Below are positions 34,365-44,366 of a DNA stretch of 58,375 nt, piece after piece; position 1 is the first letter of the stretch; each line of letters begins with the position of its first letter. The translations under genes were made by a program, and so were the position numbers. Source of the DNA: Actinomycetota bacterium (GTDB lineage: Bacteria; Actinomycetota; UBA4738; HRBIN12); contig JBIOXZ010000088.1 of the NCBI GenBank assembly GCA_044869895.1, positions 1 through 58,375 of the forward strand, read 5' to 3'. The notes beneath the pieces are model-generated. The model did not search any database. It was not told the origin of the DNA and saw nothing but the letters and a program-made list of their open reading frames with translations.

Positions 34365-34787
34365 CCCGGCCGGGACGACCCCGGACCCCACCCCGGGGAC
34401 GTCGAGGGGTTGGGGGGCCTGGAGGGCCGAGCGGATCGCTCGGTCTCCGGCCCTCCTCCCCGAGCCCTCGGCCCGTGCCAGCGTGGTGATGCTCTCGACC
34501 ACTCCCATGGGGATGTGCGTCACGGCGCGGAACCCTTCCCCGCCCGGGAGGAGCTCCTGCGCTACCGAGATCACGCCGGCGTCGCGTCGAACCATGAACC
34601 CCACCGTCTGCACGACGTAGGTGTCCCGCCATCCGGTGGTGCCGTGCTCGAAGTCGAACCAGGCATCGCGCCACCGAACCATGACCAGCTCGAGAGCCTT
34701 GTGGTGCAAGGGCCTTCGCGTGGGGGCCGGAGGCGCCGAGGGCGCAAGGACCGGTTGGCCGGGAACGTCTTCAGCCCTCGCGCCCAT
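34347..34787 (-). CDS. hypothetical protein
   Basis: 146 aa with a strong GAAGGAGG 5 nt upstream of ATG 34787. The core is VRWRDAWFDFEHGTTGWRDTYVVQTVGFMVRRDAGVISVAQELLPGGEGFRAVTHIPMGVV. No family was recognised. Confidence 0.6.
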   Translation of the reverse strand: MGARAEDVPGQPVLAPSAPPAPTRRPLHHKALELVMVRWRDAWFDFEHGTTGWRDTYVVQTVGFMVRRDAGVISVAQELLPGGEGFRAVTHIPMGVVESITTLARAEGSGRRAGDRAIRSALQAPQPLDVPGVGSGVVPAGRRSAT

Positions 34788-34870
34788 CGGAACCTCCTTC
34801 TCTTGAGATATCGGCGGCAGTTCGGCGCGGCGTATCGCCTCGCCGAGTCATTTCCTCGAGAGTGCGGGGG

Positions 34871-35896
34871 TTAGGGCTGGCGCGTTCCGGGGTTACGCCC
34901 TTCGACCACCGCTGCCGGGACGAGCACCGCCGCTCCCCTGGTAGCACCCGAGCGAACCCATCCGACCGCCCGGTTCGCCTCCTCCAGGGGGAACGCCGTC
35001 GCCGAGGAGCGCACCGGAACCTTCGGGCCGAGCGCGAGGAACTCCACGCCGTCCGCGCGGGTGAGGTTCGCCACCGAACGCAGGATCCGCTCCCGCCACA
35101 GGAGCTCGTAGGGGAACGAGGGGATGTCGCTCATATGGATCTCCCCGCACACCACCGTTCCCCCCGGCGCCACGGCCGCAAGCGCCGCCGGCACCAGGTC
35201 CCCCACAGCCGCGAACAGGATCGCGGCGTCGAGCTCCTCGGGCGGTCGCTCGCTCGAGTCCCCGGCCCACTCCGCTCCCAGTTCCAGGGCGGACTTCTGG
35301 CTCTCCTGGTCCCCGGGTCGGGTGAACGCGAAGACACGGCGGCCCTGGTGCCGAGCCACCTGGGCGATGAGGCGAGCCGCCGTCCCGAACCCGTAGATAC
35401 CGAGGAGCTCGGCGTCGCCGGTCATCTTCAGGCACCGCCATCCGATCAGGCCGGCGCACAGGAGCGGCGCCGCCTCGAGGTCCGGGTAGCCTTCGGGCAC
35501 CGGAAGACAGAACCGGGCGTCGGCCACGGTCCACTCGGCGTACCCACCGTCGATGTGATAGCCGGTGAACCGCGCGTTCGGGCACAGGTTCTCCCGACCG
35601 CTCGTGCAGTATCGGCAGGTCCCGTCGGTCCACCCCAGCCACGGCACGCCCACCCGGTCGCCGGGCATGGGGGTCTCAACTCCCGGGCCGGCCTCCGCGA
35701 CCTCGGCAACGATCTGGTGGCCCAGGACGAGCGGGAGCTTGGGATCGGGGAGCTCGCCGTCCAGGATGTGGAGGTCGGTACGGCAGATGGCGCAGGCCCG
35801 GACCCGAAGGAGGACCTGCCCCGGCTCGGGCTTGGGCCGGGAAATCTCCGCCGGACGGAGCCGTTCCCCCAGCGCGTCGAACACCACGGCCCGCAT
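34871..35896 (-). CDS. zinc-dependent alcohol dehydrogenase (MDR family)
   Basis: ATG 35896 inside ORF 34871..35980. Motifs are GQVLLRVRACAICRTDLHILDG, LVLGHQIVAEV, the structural-zinc Cys cluster CRYCTSGRENLC, and the NAD fold LGIYGFGTAARLIAQ. Confidence 0.9.
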   Translation of the reverse strand: MRAVVFDALGERLRPAEISRPKPEPGQVLLRVRACAICRTDLHILDGELPDPKLPLVLGHQIVAEVAEAGPGVETPMPGDRVGVPWLGWTDGTCRYCTSGRENLCPNARFTGYHIDGGYAEWTVADARFCLPVPEGYPDLEAAPLLCAGLIGWRCLKMTGDAELLGIYGFGTAARLIAQVARHQGRRVFAFTRPGDQESQKSALELGAEWAGDSSERPPEELDAAILFAAVGDLVPAALAAVAPGGTVVCGEIHMSDIPSFPYELLWRERILRSVANLTRADGVEFLALGPKVPVRSSATAFPLEEANRAVGWVRSGATRGAAVLVPAAVVEGRNPGTRQP

Positions 35897-35922
35897 CCGC
35901 TCGGCCCGGCGGGCCGCCGGCT

Positions 35923-36429
35923 TCATCTGCCTGCCGGCACGACCTCCCGGACCTTCCCGGTCTTCACGTCGTAGACCCACCCCGATACCTCGACGCCGGC
36001 TGGGATGAACGGGTTGTCCCGGATGCGCCGCACGTCCTCACGGACACTCTCCTCCACGTCGGAGAACGGCAGGAAGTCCATGTGGGAGGCGTCCCTGCCC
36101 GTGTCGGCGGCAAGCTTCCCCCGAAGGTCGTCGTTGCTGAACGTCAGCATCCCGCAATCGGTGTGGTGGATGACCGCGTACTCCTGCGTCCCGAGGAGGC
36201 GACTGGAGATGATGAGCGAGCGAAGCGCGTCGTCCGACGCGCGCCCGCCGGCGTTTCGGATCACGTGCGCGTCGCCGATGTCCATGCCCAGGAACCTCTC
36301 CGGGTGGAGCCGGGCGTCCATGCAGGTGAGCACGACGAACCGCTCTGCGGGGGGCATCGGCGCGTCGCCCTTGTCGAAGTCTTTGGCGAACGTCTCGTTC
36401 CGCTTCCTGAACCGATCCATGACAGACAT
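35923..36429 (-). CDS. beta-class carbonic anhydrase
   Basis: VVLTCMDARLHPERFLG ... HVIRNAGGRASDD ... YAVIHHTDCGM carries the Cys-Asp-Arg ... His-x-x-Cys zinc ligand pattern of beta-CAs. Confidence 0.9.
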   Translation of the reverse strand: MSVMDRFRKRNETFAKDFDKGDAPMPPAERFVVLTCMDARLHPERFLGMDIGDAHVIRNAGGRASDDALRSLIISSRLLGTQEYAVIHHTDCGMLTFSNDDLRGKLAADTGRDASHMDFLPFSDVEESVREDVRRIRDNPFIPAGVEVSGWVYDVKTGKVREVVPAGR

Positions 36430-36536
36430 GCGGCTCTCCTTCCCCCGGGACGACGGGACGAGACCACCGCATCACGGTGGGTGAGAAACGTCAAGCGGGC
36501 GTCCTGGACGGGGCCCCGTCTGCACGGGTCGGCCGG

Positions 36537-36926
36537 CTAGGCCGACATGAGGTCGAGGCCCAGGATGGCCTCGGCCGCGCGCATCGAGGCCATCAAGGCA
36601 TTCCGATCGCCCTTCAGTGCCCCTTCGGCCCCCCGGTCTAGGGCCCCAGCCACCGCCCAGGCCTTGATCTCGGCCTCGCCGAACACGATCCGGTCGTCGG
36701 AACGCGCCGCCTCGAACAGCATCTCGAAGGTGGCCTGCATGTAGAGGTCGATCAGGGCCACGATCCGCTGGGAGTCCTTCGCCGCGGGCAGCAGCGAGTC
36801 CCGCAAGGCCGCGAGCACCTGGTCTCCGCGGGCGGCCAGCGCCACGCGGGCCTTCTCCGGGTCGGACTGGGCGAACCTCAGCATGGCCGAAACCGACTCC
36901 ACGAATACGGCGTTCTGGCTGGTCAT
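36537..36926 (-). CDS. hypothetical helical protein
   Basis: 129 aa with GAGGAGGAGG directly upstream of ATG 36926. No family was recognised. Confidence 0.6.
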   Translation of the reverse strand: MTSQNAVFVESVSAMLRFAQSDPEKARVALAARGDQVLAALRDSLLPAAKDSQRIVALIDLYMQATFEMLFEAARSDDRIVFGEAEIKAWAVAGALDRGAEGALKGDRNALMASMRAAEAILGLDLMSA

Positions 36927-37130
36927 GCCTCCTCCTCACTGCCCGGCCCACCCCCTCTCTGGGCCGGACCCGTGCTCATCCTCCAACCGGGGGCCACACT
37001 GCGCCATCGGCCGATGGTCCATTTCCCCCGACCGACGGACCGGCCACACGGCACCGGGGTACACCTTTCGATGGGGTCGGGTGGTCGGGGGTGGCCGTTG
37101 ACGGCAATGTCATCAGAGAGAAGCCCCTGC

Positions 37131-37931
37131 TCAGCCCGCAGCAAGGCGCTCCACGAGCTCGCGTTGCTCGCGGTCGAACCACGGTGGCTGCCCCGCCGCA
37201 GCGTTCGAGGCGGCATGCGCCGGGTCGGCCGTGGCGGGAATGGCCACATGGACCCGCCGATCTGACAGGGTCCACTTCAGCAGGGCTTGGGCCCAGGTGG
37301 CCACGCCCAGTTCCTCCAGTGCTCCCGGATCGGGCCCCGGAAGGAGTTCGCCCTCGGCGAACGGACGCATCGCGATGACCCCCAGGCCCAGGTCCTCGGC
37401 GAGCGGGAGAATGTCGCGCTCGGCCCTCCGTTCCAGGGGGTTGTACGGGACTTGGACGGCCTGGATCCGTCCGCTCCGCATGACCTCCGCGATCTCGCTG
37501 AAGGCCGACTCCGCGTAGTGGGTCACACCGATCAACCCAATCCGTCCCCCTTCACGCTCCCGCTCCATCCAATCGAGGTGATCGCGCCAGGAGACCAGGT
37601 TGTGGACCTGCTCCACGTCTACCGTTCCCTCGAAGTACTCCAGCTGGCTCCGGAACTGGCGGACGCCCTCATCGGCCGAAGGGGTCCAGATCTTCGTGGC
37701 CACGATGGGCTCGCGGCGAAGGCCGCTCGCCCCCAACACGCGGCCGACCACCGACTCGGCCCTTCCGTACATGGGCGAGGAGTCCACCAACCTGGTCCCG
37801 GCGTCGAACGCGGTCTGCACGACCGCCCGCACGCCCGGCTCGGCTGAGGATCCGACGTCGAAGACCTTCCACGTCCCCCGGCCGATCACCGGGACCTCCA
37901 GGCCGGAGGCCCCGAACCGGCGCCGTTCCAT
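37131..37931 (-). CDS. aldo/keto reductase
   Basis: [25 protein letters not shown] ... [12 protein letters not shown] ... GLIGVTHY ... [14 protein letters not shown] follows the typical AKR layout. Confidence 0.9.
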   Translation of the reverse strand: MERRRFGASGLEVPVIGRGTWKVFDVGSSAEPGVRAVVQTAFDAGTRLVDSSPMYGRAESVVGRVLGASGLRREPIVATKIWTPSADEGVRQFRSQLEYFEGTVDVEQVHNLVSWRDHLDWMEREREGGRIGLIGVTHYAESAFSEIAEVMRSGRIQAVQVPYNPLERRAERDILPLAEDLGLGVIAMRPFAEGELLPGPDPGALEELGVATWAQALLKWTLSDRRVHVAIPATADPAHAASNAAAGQPPWFDREQRELVERLAAG

Positions 37932-37953
37932 CAGCCCTCGACGAGGAGGCCGA

Positions 37954-38187
37954 CTACCGGTACAGGATGGGGCAGGTCATGGTGCGGATGACGCCGTCCA
38001 CGTCTTGGATGGGCCGAAGCACCCGCTTGCCCAGCTCGTCGATGCTGTCAGCCTCCGCCCGCACGATGACGTCGTAGGGACCGGTGACCAGGTCCACCCG
38101 GCTCACGCCATCGAGGTCGCGGATGGCTCGGGCGACGTTGGCCCCCCGTCCGACCTCGTTCTGGATCAGCACGAAGGCTTCCAACAT
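37954..38187 (-). CDS. stand-alone Lrp/AsnC-type ligand-binding (RAM) domain protein
   Basis: ATG 38187 inside ORF 37954..38259. The 77-aa sequence [71 protein letters not shown] fits the AsnC-type alpha-beta sandwich without an HTH. Confidence 0.75.
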   Translation of the reverse strand: MLEAFVLIQNEVGRGANVARAIRDLDGVSRVDLVTGPYDVIVRAEADSIDELGKRVLRPIQDVDGVIRTMTCPILYR

Positions 38188-38352
38188 GGGCTCACCTCCC
38201 GCATGGCCTGACCTGGCCTTGCGGCATGATGGGCCGCGCGCCGACCCGGGACAAGCCACGAGCGACGGAGTTCACCCAATCGTTACCCGCCCACGAGGCA
38301 CAAACCCCTCGCATCCCAGGTCGAGGATCGGCAGAACGAACCGGATCCATCC

Positions 38353-40188
38353 TTGAGCGCGCGGCCTCGCCGGGGCACAATCAGTCCCCGTCCCGGCCCG
38401 AGGAAGGAAGCCCTGCACCCCGCCCGCACCCTCCCGATCGCGCTCCTCACCGCGTGCGTGCTCCTTGCCGTGGCCGCGTCCAGCACGGCCGGGGCCGGCG
38501 CGTCGGCGACGGCCGTCCTGGTGGCGTCCCCACCCATCATCACCGTCGGCGACACGGTCAAGCTCTCCGGCTCGGTTGCGGCGGAGCAGTCGTGCCTGGG
38601 CCCCCGGCCCGTGGTGCTCGAGTGGCTCGGAGCCGGCTCGGCGGCCTGGAGCGCGGTCGCTTCGACCACCACGGCAGGAGACGGCACGTTCTCGTTTTCC
38701 GAGGGTCCCCAATACAGCGGCGAGTACCGGGTCAGCCTCGCGGCCCTCGGCGGATGTCTGGCGGTGGGCTCCGACCCCGTGCCCGTCGGGGTACGCGCGC
38801 TCGTCGTCTCGTCACTCAACGCATCCTCGCTGACGCCCGGAAGCTGCCCGGCGATCCATGCGACGGTCTCGCCGGACAAGTCGGGGCAGGACATCGAGCT
38901 CCAACGACTGTCGGAGTCGGGGTGGCTGACGGTGGAGACGCTCCCGCTCGACGCGTCGTCCTCGGCATCGATGAGCCCGTGCTTCGGATGGGACGACATC
39001 GGGATCGTCCGGCTCCGCTGGCGCTGGCCGAAGCAGGACCAGCTCAACGAGCCAGGCATCGGAATCGTCCTCGCCCTTCGGATCGAGAAGGCAAACTGGA
39101 TGCGCAAGATCGATCACCTGGTAGCCGGGCGGGCCGTGTCCGTGGCCGTGGGTTCACCCGGATCCTTCCTGTATCGGCGGGCAGAGTCCGCGCCGCGGAT
39201 CCCGGCATCGAACGAGAAGCTCCTGTTGTCGATGGCACTGCTCGACTCACTGGGGCCGAGCCTTCGCATCGTGACGCATGCGGCGACAGCCTCGCTCCAG
39301 CAAGGAGTGGTCCAGGGCAACCTGTGGATCCTGGGCCGCGGTGATCCGGAGATCACCGCGGCCCGCATGGGTGCCCTGGCCCGCCAGCTCGTGGCCGCCG
39401 GCGTTGAGAAGGTCCGTGGCCGCGTGATGGGATCCACCGGCTACTTCGCGCACGACTGGTGGGCCCGGGGATGGAGGCGCCCGCAGAGCCGCCAGTACGT
39501 GGCGCCTCCCACGGCGCTCACGTTCCAGGGCAACGTGGTGAACGGCCGGTACACCCGGGAGCCGGAGGCCTTCGCCGCGCGATCGCTCACCAAACAGCTG
39601 GAGAAGCAAGGCGTGGCCGTGGTCGGTCGGGCGGGCGCGGGCGAGCCGCCGGAGGGCCTGGCCGACGTCGCCGTCATCCAGTCGCGGCCGCTGCGCTCGA
39701 TCCTGGTGGCGATGAACCGGCCCTCGAACAACTTCTACGCCGAGGTCCTGGGAAAGCTGCTGGGGGCCAGGGCGGCGGGGCCCCCGGGGACGATCTCCAA
39801 GGGGGCGGCCACCCTCCGGGGTTGGGTGGCCGGACACGGCGTTGACTTCAGCCTCTACGACGGGTCGGGCCTTTCGTATGCGAATCGGGTCACGGCCCGG
39901 GGGATGGTCCAGCTGCTGTGGGTGGCCGAGGCCGCCCCCTGGGGCTCGATGCTCCGACAGAGCCTGGCCACCGGAGGACAGGGCACGCTGGCGGACCGTC
40001 TTCACGGGGTGAAGGTTCGGGCCAAGACCGGGAGCCTGGATGAGATCTCCGCCCTCTCGGGCTGGGTGTGGCTGGAGAAGGAGGAAGGGTGGACCGAGTT
40101 CTCCATCCTTTCCCGGGGAATGCCGAAGTGGATCGCGTCCTCGATCGAGGACTCCATCGTGCGGATCCTCACGGCCAACGCTCGCTGA
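38353..40188 (+). CDS. dacB: D-alanyl-D-alanine carboxypeptidase/endopeptidase (PBP4, peptidase S13) with N-terminal Ig-like extension
   Basis: The catalytic triad motifs are SxxK (PASNEKLL), SxN (PSNNFYAE) and KTG (AKTGSL). It has a signal-like segment (IALLTACVLLAVAASSTAGA). The TTG start at 38353 is uncertain. Confidence 0.85.
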   Translation: MSARPRRGTISPRPGPRKEALHPARTLPIALLTACVLLAVAASSTAGAGASATAVLVASPPIITVGDTVKLSGSVAAEQSCLGPRPVVLEWLGAGSAAWSAVASTTTAGDGTFSFSEGPQYSGEYRVSLAALGGCLAVGSDPVPVGVRALVVSSLNASSLTPGSCPAIHATVSPDKSGQDIELQRLSESGWLTVETLPLDASSSASMSPCFGWDDIGIVRLRWRWPKQDQLNEPGIGIVLALRIEKANWMRKIDHLVAGRAVSVAVGSPGSFLYRRAESAPRIPASNEKLLLSMALLDSLGPSLRIVTHAATASLQQGVVQGNLWILGRGDPEITAARMGALARQLVAAGVEKVRGRVMGSTGYFAHDWWARGWRRPQSRQYVAPPTALTFQGNVVNGRYTREPEAFAARSLTKQLEKQGVAVVGRAGAGEPPEGLADVAVIQSRPLRSILVAMNRPSNNFYAEVLGKLLGARAAGPPGTISKGAATLRGWVAGHGVDFSLYDGSGLSYANRVTARGMVQLLWVAEAAPWGSMLRQSLATGGQGTLADRLHGVKVRAKTGSLDEISALSGWVWLEKEEGWTEFSILSRGMPKWIASSIEDSIVRILTANAR

Positions 40189-40216
40189 CGGACCCAAGGT
40201 CCGGAACGCGTAAAGC

Positions 40217-42160
40217 GTGTCCCCCGACCGGCCGATGCTTGAGCCGATGATTCCTAAGCTGACCGAGCCCGAAAGCCAAGGCCTCGCGGCCCGCGTCTTC
40301 AACCGCAGCTCACTCGGGATCCTGCTCGCTCACCTCGACGGGATGATCCTGGATGCGAACGACGCGTTCCTGTTCCTGGTGGACCGGGACCGGGAGGATG
40401 TCGTGGGCCACACCATCGGGGAACTCGGGTTCTTCTCTTCGATGGGGGACGATCGGGCCAGGGACCTTCTGCGCGAGCGCGGGGCCATCGACGGATTCGA
40501 CGCCCACGTGCTGACGCCCTCGGGCGAGGCCCGGGTCCTGCGGCTGTGGGCGGAGTCGATCACCGACGGGGACGACCGGATCGTCGTGGTGCGAGCCTCC
40601 GACGATGCCGGCCGCGTTGCGGCGGGGGCTCGCTACTACGAGTTCCGTGAAGCCGAGGTCCGCTATCGGGCCCTCGTCGAGCAGATCCCGGCCATCACCT
40701 ACACCGAGATCGAGGACGAGACCAGTCCCATCGGGTACCGGGACGTGTACATCAGCCCCCAGGCCGAGTCCATCCTGGGCTACACGCCGTTCGAGTGGCA
40801 GGCAGACCCCGAGCTGTGGATCCGGGCCATGCACCCGGATGACCGCGATCGGGTCGTCCAGGACGATCGGGCATCGCTCGAGACCGGCACGTTCACCTCC
40901 GAGTACCGCATGATCGCGCGAGACGGCCGCGTCGTGTGGTTCCAGGACGTGGCGAACGTGGTGGAGGATCCGATGTCCGGAGTTCGGTTCTGGCATGGCG
41001 TGATGCTCGACGTCACCGAGCAGAGGCTCGCCGAGGCCGTCCACTGGGAACTCGCTGCGAAATACCGGACACTGGTGGAGCAGATCCCGGCCGTGGTGTA
41101 CCTGGCGGAGTACGGCGAGCAGGGCGACTGGCTGTACATCTCACCGCAAGTGGAGCGGGTCCTGGGGTACACGCCCGAGGAGTGGCTGGCGCACCCTCAT
41201 CCGATGGCCTCGTTCACCCATCCCCAAGACCTGTCGGCGGTGCGGGTGGAGGAGGAGCGGTCGCTTTCCACCGGCGAGCCCTTCCGGGCCGAGTACCAGA
41301 TGCAGACGAAGGATGGTCGATGGCGGTGGATCCTGGACGAGGCCACACCGGTTCGCGACCAGAGCGGCCGTCCCTTCGTGCTCCAGGGGGTCATGTACGA
41401 CATCAGCAAGCGCAAGCACACCGAGCAGGAGCTGGGGGAGGTGCTGGAGAAGCTCCGGGTCATGGACCGACTCAAGAACACACTGCTGCACGCGCTCTCG
41501 CACGACTTGCAGAATCCGCTCACGGCGATCCACGGCGCGGCCAGTACGCTGGAACGCCTCGACTCCCAGCTGTCAACGGACGAACGGCTCTCGCTCCTGA
41601 AGTCGCTGACCGATCGGACCCAACACCTGAGGACCCTGCTCGCCGACCTCCTCGACCTGGACCGGCTGGACCGCGGCATCGTCGAGCCCCGGCGATCGCC
41701 GGTGGACCTCCCGGCGATGATCCGTCGCCTGGTGGCCTCCTCGGAAGGGCTTACGGGACGGACGGTGGAGATCGACACCGAGCCGGTGACCATCGCCGTG
41801 GACCAGGCGAAGGTGGAGCGGATGGTGGAGAACCTGCTGGCAAACGTGGCCCGGCACACGGTGGACGCGAAGGTGTGGATCCGGGTGGCAGCGCAGGACG
41901 GTGGCGCGCTCATCTCGGTGGACGACGAGGGGGCCGGCGTTCCCGACGACCTCAAGGAGAAGATCTTCGTGCCGTTCAGCCGGGGACCCGAGGCTGCCGA
42001 CCTTCCCGGCAGCGGGATCGGCCTGTCGCTGGTGGCCGGGTTCGCCGAGCTCCACGGGGGCCGGGCCTGGGTGGAGGACCGCTCCGGCCGGGGCGCCTCC
42101 TTCAGGGTGTTCCTGCCGGATGGGCCGAAGTCGAAGGATGCGCCCGGCCCGGCTGGCTAG
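40217..42160 (+). CDS. multi-PAS sensor histidine kinase (no adjacent response regulator)
   Basis: Three PAS-like modules are followed by the H-box LLHALSHDLQNPLTAI and the HATPase N/G boxes (ENLLANVARHT, DDEGAGVPDD, GSGIGLSLV). Confidence 0.9.
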   Translation: MSPDRPMLEPMIPKLTEPESQGLAARVFNRSSLGILLAHLDGMILDANDAFLFLVDRDREDVVGHTIGELGFFSSMGDDRARDLLRERGAIDGFDAHVLTPSGEARVLRLWAESITDGDDRIVVVRASDDAGRVAAGARYYEFREAEVRYRALVEQIPAITYTEIEDETSPIGYRDVYISPQAESILGYTPFEWQADPELWIRAMHPDDRDRVVQDDRASLETGTFTSEYRMIARDGRVVWFQDVANVVEDPMSGVRFWHGVMLDVTEQRLAEAVHWELAAKYRTLVEQIPAVVYLAEYGEQGDWLYISPQVERVLGYTPEEWLAHPHPMASFTHPQDLSAVRVEEERSLSTGEPFRAEYQMQTKDGRWRWILDEATPVRDQSGRPFVLQGVMYDISKRKHTEQELGEVLEKLRVMDRLKNTLLHALSHDLQNPLTAIHGAASTLERLDSQLSTDERLSLLKSLTDRTQHLRTLLADLLDLDRLDRGIVEPRRSPVDLPAMIRRLVASSEGLTGRTVEIDTEPVTIAVDQAKVERMVENLLANVARHTVDAKVWIRVAAQDGGALISVDDEGAGVPDDLKEKIFVPFSRGPEAADLPGSGIGLSLVAGFAELHGGRAWVEDRSGRGASFRVFLPDGPKSKDAPGPAG

Positions 42161-43518
42161 TCGTTCTTCTCCTGCCCCTTGTGCTTCCCGTTGTCATGGT
42201 GCTTCCCGGGAGGCTTGTCCGTTGGCTGCGTGCTGCCGCCGACGATCAGCGTGACCGAGGTGTCCCGCCGTACGCGATCGCCGGCCGGCGGGTCGCTCCT
42301 GATCACGATCCCGGCCTCGCCGGGCCGAACCCGGACATCGCCCACGCCCAATCCCACTTCCTCCAGGGCATCCCGGGCATCGGGGATGCTCTTTCCCGAG
42401 AGCTCCGGAACGGTCACCCGCACTCCCGCGCGAGCCTCCCGCCGGGCCTGCTGGAGGATCGACCGGTCCCTGGCCTCGACCATCAAGATCGCCAGGATCA
42501 ACAGGAGCACCGCGGCGATCAGCGCGGCCGGGATGAGGATCCGCCGGCGGTCGCCGTGATGTCGGACCGGCGACAGCGGGACGGTCTCCTCGGGGCCCGG
42601 GGCAACGGGCGCGAGCGGGGTGGTCTCCTCCCGGCCCGGGGCAACGGGCGCGAGCGGGGTCGTCTCCTCGGGGACGGCGATCGACGGGAGGGGAAGGGTC
42701 GGTTCTCGGAGCATTGCAGCGAAGGCTGCGGCGGACGGCGGGCGCTCGGCCGGGTCCTTTGCCAGCGCGGCCATTGACGCGGAAGCGAGGTTCGGAGGCA
42801 CGCCCTCGGCCACCTGGTCGAGGGGTTGAGGGTCCTCGCGGACGTGCGCCAGCGCAAGGGCGACCGGTGATTCGGCAACGAACGGCGGGCGGCCCGCGAC
42901 CATCTCGTACAACATGGCACCGAGCGCGTAGACGTCGGACGCCGGCGTGGTCTTCTCGCTCTTCGCCTGTTCGGGCGCGAGGTATGAGGGCGTGCCGAGG
43001 ACGAGGCCCGACGTGGTGACCCGTTCCGCCCACGCCGCTGCGGCGATCCCGAAGTCCATCACCTTGACGTCGCCGGCCGGGGTGAGCATCACGTTGCCGG
43101 GGTTCACGTCCCGGTGGACGATCCCGGCCCTGTGGGCCTCCTCGAGGGCTTCGGCGACCTGTGTGGCGATCCGGGCGGCCTCCTGCGGAGGGAGTGAACC
43201 CTCCCGGGCCAATCGATCCGCCAACGTCTCTCCACGGACCAGCTCCATCACGATGTAGGGGCGGCCCTCGGAGCGACCGAAGTCGTAGACGGCGGCGATG
43301 CACGGCCCGGAGAGGCGGGCGGCCGCCTGGGCCTCGCGTTCGAACCGGCGAACCGCGCGCTCCCCCGCCGCCAACGACTCGGAAAGCACCTTGACCGCCA
43401 CGGGACGGCCCAGGGTCTCGTCCTCGGCCTCCCACACGGCCCCCATGCCTCCCGAGCCGATCATCCGGACAAGCCGGTATCGGTCGCCGAGCAGGACATC
43501 CGCATCCAGCTGCTGCAT
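42157..43518 (-). CDS. Ser/Thr protein kinase with TM helix and one C-terminal PASTA domain
   Basis: Hanks kinase motifs are present (GSGGMGAVWEA, VAVKVL, HRDVNPGNVM, DFGIA, GTPSYLAPE). It also has a TM helix (ILIPAALIAAVLLLILAILMV) and a PASTA-like segment (VTVPELSGKSIPDARDALEEVGLGVGDVRV ... VTLIVG). Confidence 0.9.
   Translation of the reverse strand: MQQLDADVLLGDRYRLVRMIGSGGMGAVWEAEDETLGRPVAVKVLSESLAAGERAVRRFEREAQAAARLSGPCIAAVYDFGRSEGRPYIVMELVRGETLADRLAREGSLPPQEAARIATQVAEALEEAHRAGIVHRDVNPGNVMLTPAGDVKVMDFGIAAAAWAERVTTSGLVLGTPSYLAPEQAKSEKTTPASDVYALGAMLYEMVAGRPPFVAESPVALALAHVREDPQPLDQVAEGVPPNLASASMAALAKDPAERPPSAAAFAAMLREPTLPLPSIAVPEETTPLAPVAPGREETTPLAPVAPGPEETVPLSPVRHHGDRRRILIPAALIAAVLLLILAILMVEARDRSILQQARREARAGVRVTVPELSGKSIPDARDALEEVGLGVGDVRVRPGEAGIVIRSDPPAGDRVRRDTSVTLIVGGSTQPTDKPPGKHHDNGKHKGQEKND
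42583..42673. repeat. 2.3 tandem copies of a 39-nt unit in the kinase juxtamembrane linker
   Basis: 42583-42621 and 42622-42660 are near-identical, and a partial third copy follows. They encode PEETTPLAPVAPG / REETTPLAPVAPG / PEETVPL. Confidence 0.85.
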
Positions 43519-43547
43519 GGTGGTCTCCGACGGGAACCCGTTGGTCC

Positions 43548-44366
43548 CTAGAGGATACCCGGGGGTTCGACCCGCGAACCCTGGCCGCGCGAGGCCCCGA
43601 CGGCCTCCTCGATGTCTCGTGCCGCGGCCACGACGGCGGGCCCGTACTGCCTACCCGGCCTGGGTCCCAAGCGCTGTGCCGGACCGGACAGCGACACCGC
43701 CGCAAGGACCGAGCCGGCCGCGCCGAACACCGGCGCGCTCACGGACGCCACGCCCGGCTCGCGCTCGCCCGAGCTCTCAGCCCAACCACGGCGGTGGGCT
43801 GCGGCCAGTTCCCGCCGAAGGCGATCCACCCCGGGGGTGCGATCCGTGAACGGCCGGAGCAGACGCAACAGGCGCTCCTGGTCGGGTGCCCAGGCCATGA
43901 TGACCTTGCCGGCGGAGCCTGCAGTGAGGGGGAGCGACGCGCCGACGGGAACGATCGTTCGCAGCTCGCTCTCGGACTCCACTACATCGATGCACAGTCG
44001 CTCGTCACCGCTGCGCACGAAGAGCTGTGCGGTCTCCCCCGTCTCCCTGGCCAACCGCTCGAGGGCCGGCCGCGCCAGGTCGCGGAGCGGGAGCTCTCGA
44101 AGGGCCGCCGACGCCAGGCGAACCAGGCGAGGACCGAGCCGGTAGCCGGACCGCGCGTCGAATGAGAGCAGACCGTGGTCCTCGAGGGCCTTGAGGAGCC
44201 GGTGCGCGGTCGACCGGGCGAGGCCGGTCGCCTCGGCGATATCGGAGAACGTTCGGGAACCGGATCCCACCGCCTCGATGATGGCCACGGTCCGATCGAG
44301 GACGCCGACCCCGGTCTCGACGGTGGGGGCCGCCGAGCGGGACCCGAATGGGCGTGGTACAGTCAT
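43548..44366 (-). CDS. IclR-family transcriptional regulator divergent from leuCD (LtbR-like position)
   Basis: ATG 44366 (or 44375) inside the 746-aa ORF 43548..45788. It has the w[49 protein letters not shown] and an IclR effector domain ([23 protein letters not shown] ... [10 protein letters not shown]). Confidence 0.85.
   Translation of the reverse strand: MTVPRPFGSRSAAPTVETGVGVLDRTVAIIEAVGSGSRTFSDIAEATGLARSTAHRLLKALEDHGLLSFDARSGYRLGPRLVRLASAALRELPLRDLARPALERLARETGETAQLFVRSGDERLCIDVVESESELRTIVPVGASLPLTAGSAGKVIMAWAPDQERLLRLLRPFTDRTPGVDRLRRELAAAHRRGWAESSGEREPGVASVSAPVFGAAGSVLAAVSLSGPAQRLGPRPGRQYGPAVVAAARDIEEAVGASRGQGSRVEPPGIL

Noticed and set aside
36927-37130. The 204-nt gap upstream of the 36537..36926 gene as a possible riboswitch or leader. 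It has a CCGGCCCA-N9-TGGGCCGG hairpin just before the RBS and ACGG-containing loops.
   Set aside because: I could not match it to any riboswitch consensus I know (SAM, TPP, glycine, ZTP, guanidine, c-di-GMP, ydaO). A single GC hairpin in GC-rich DNA is weak evidence. A covariance-model scan would settle it.
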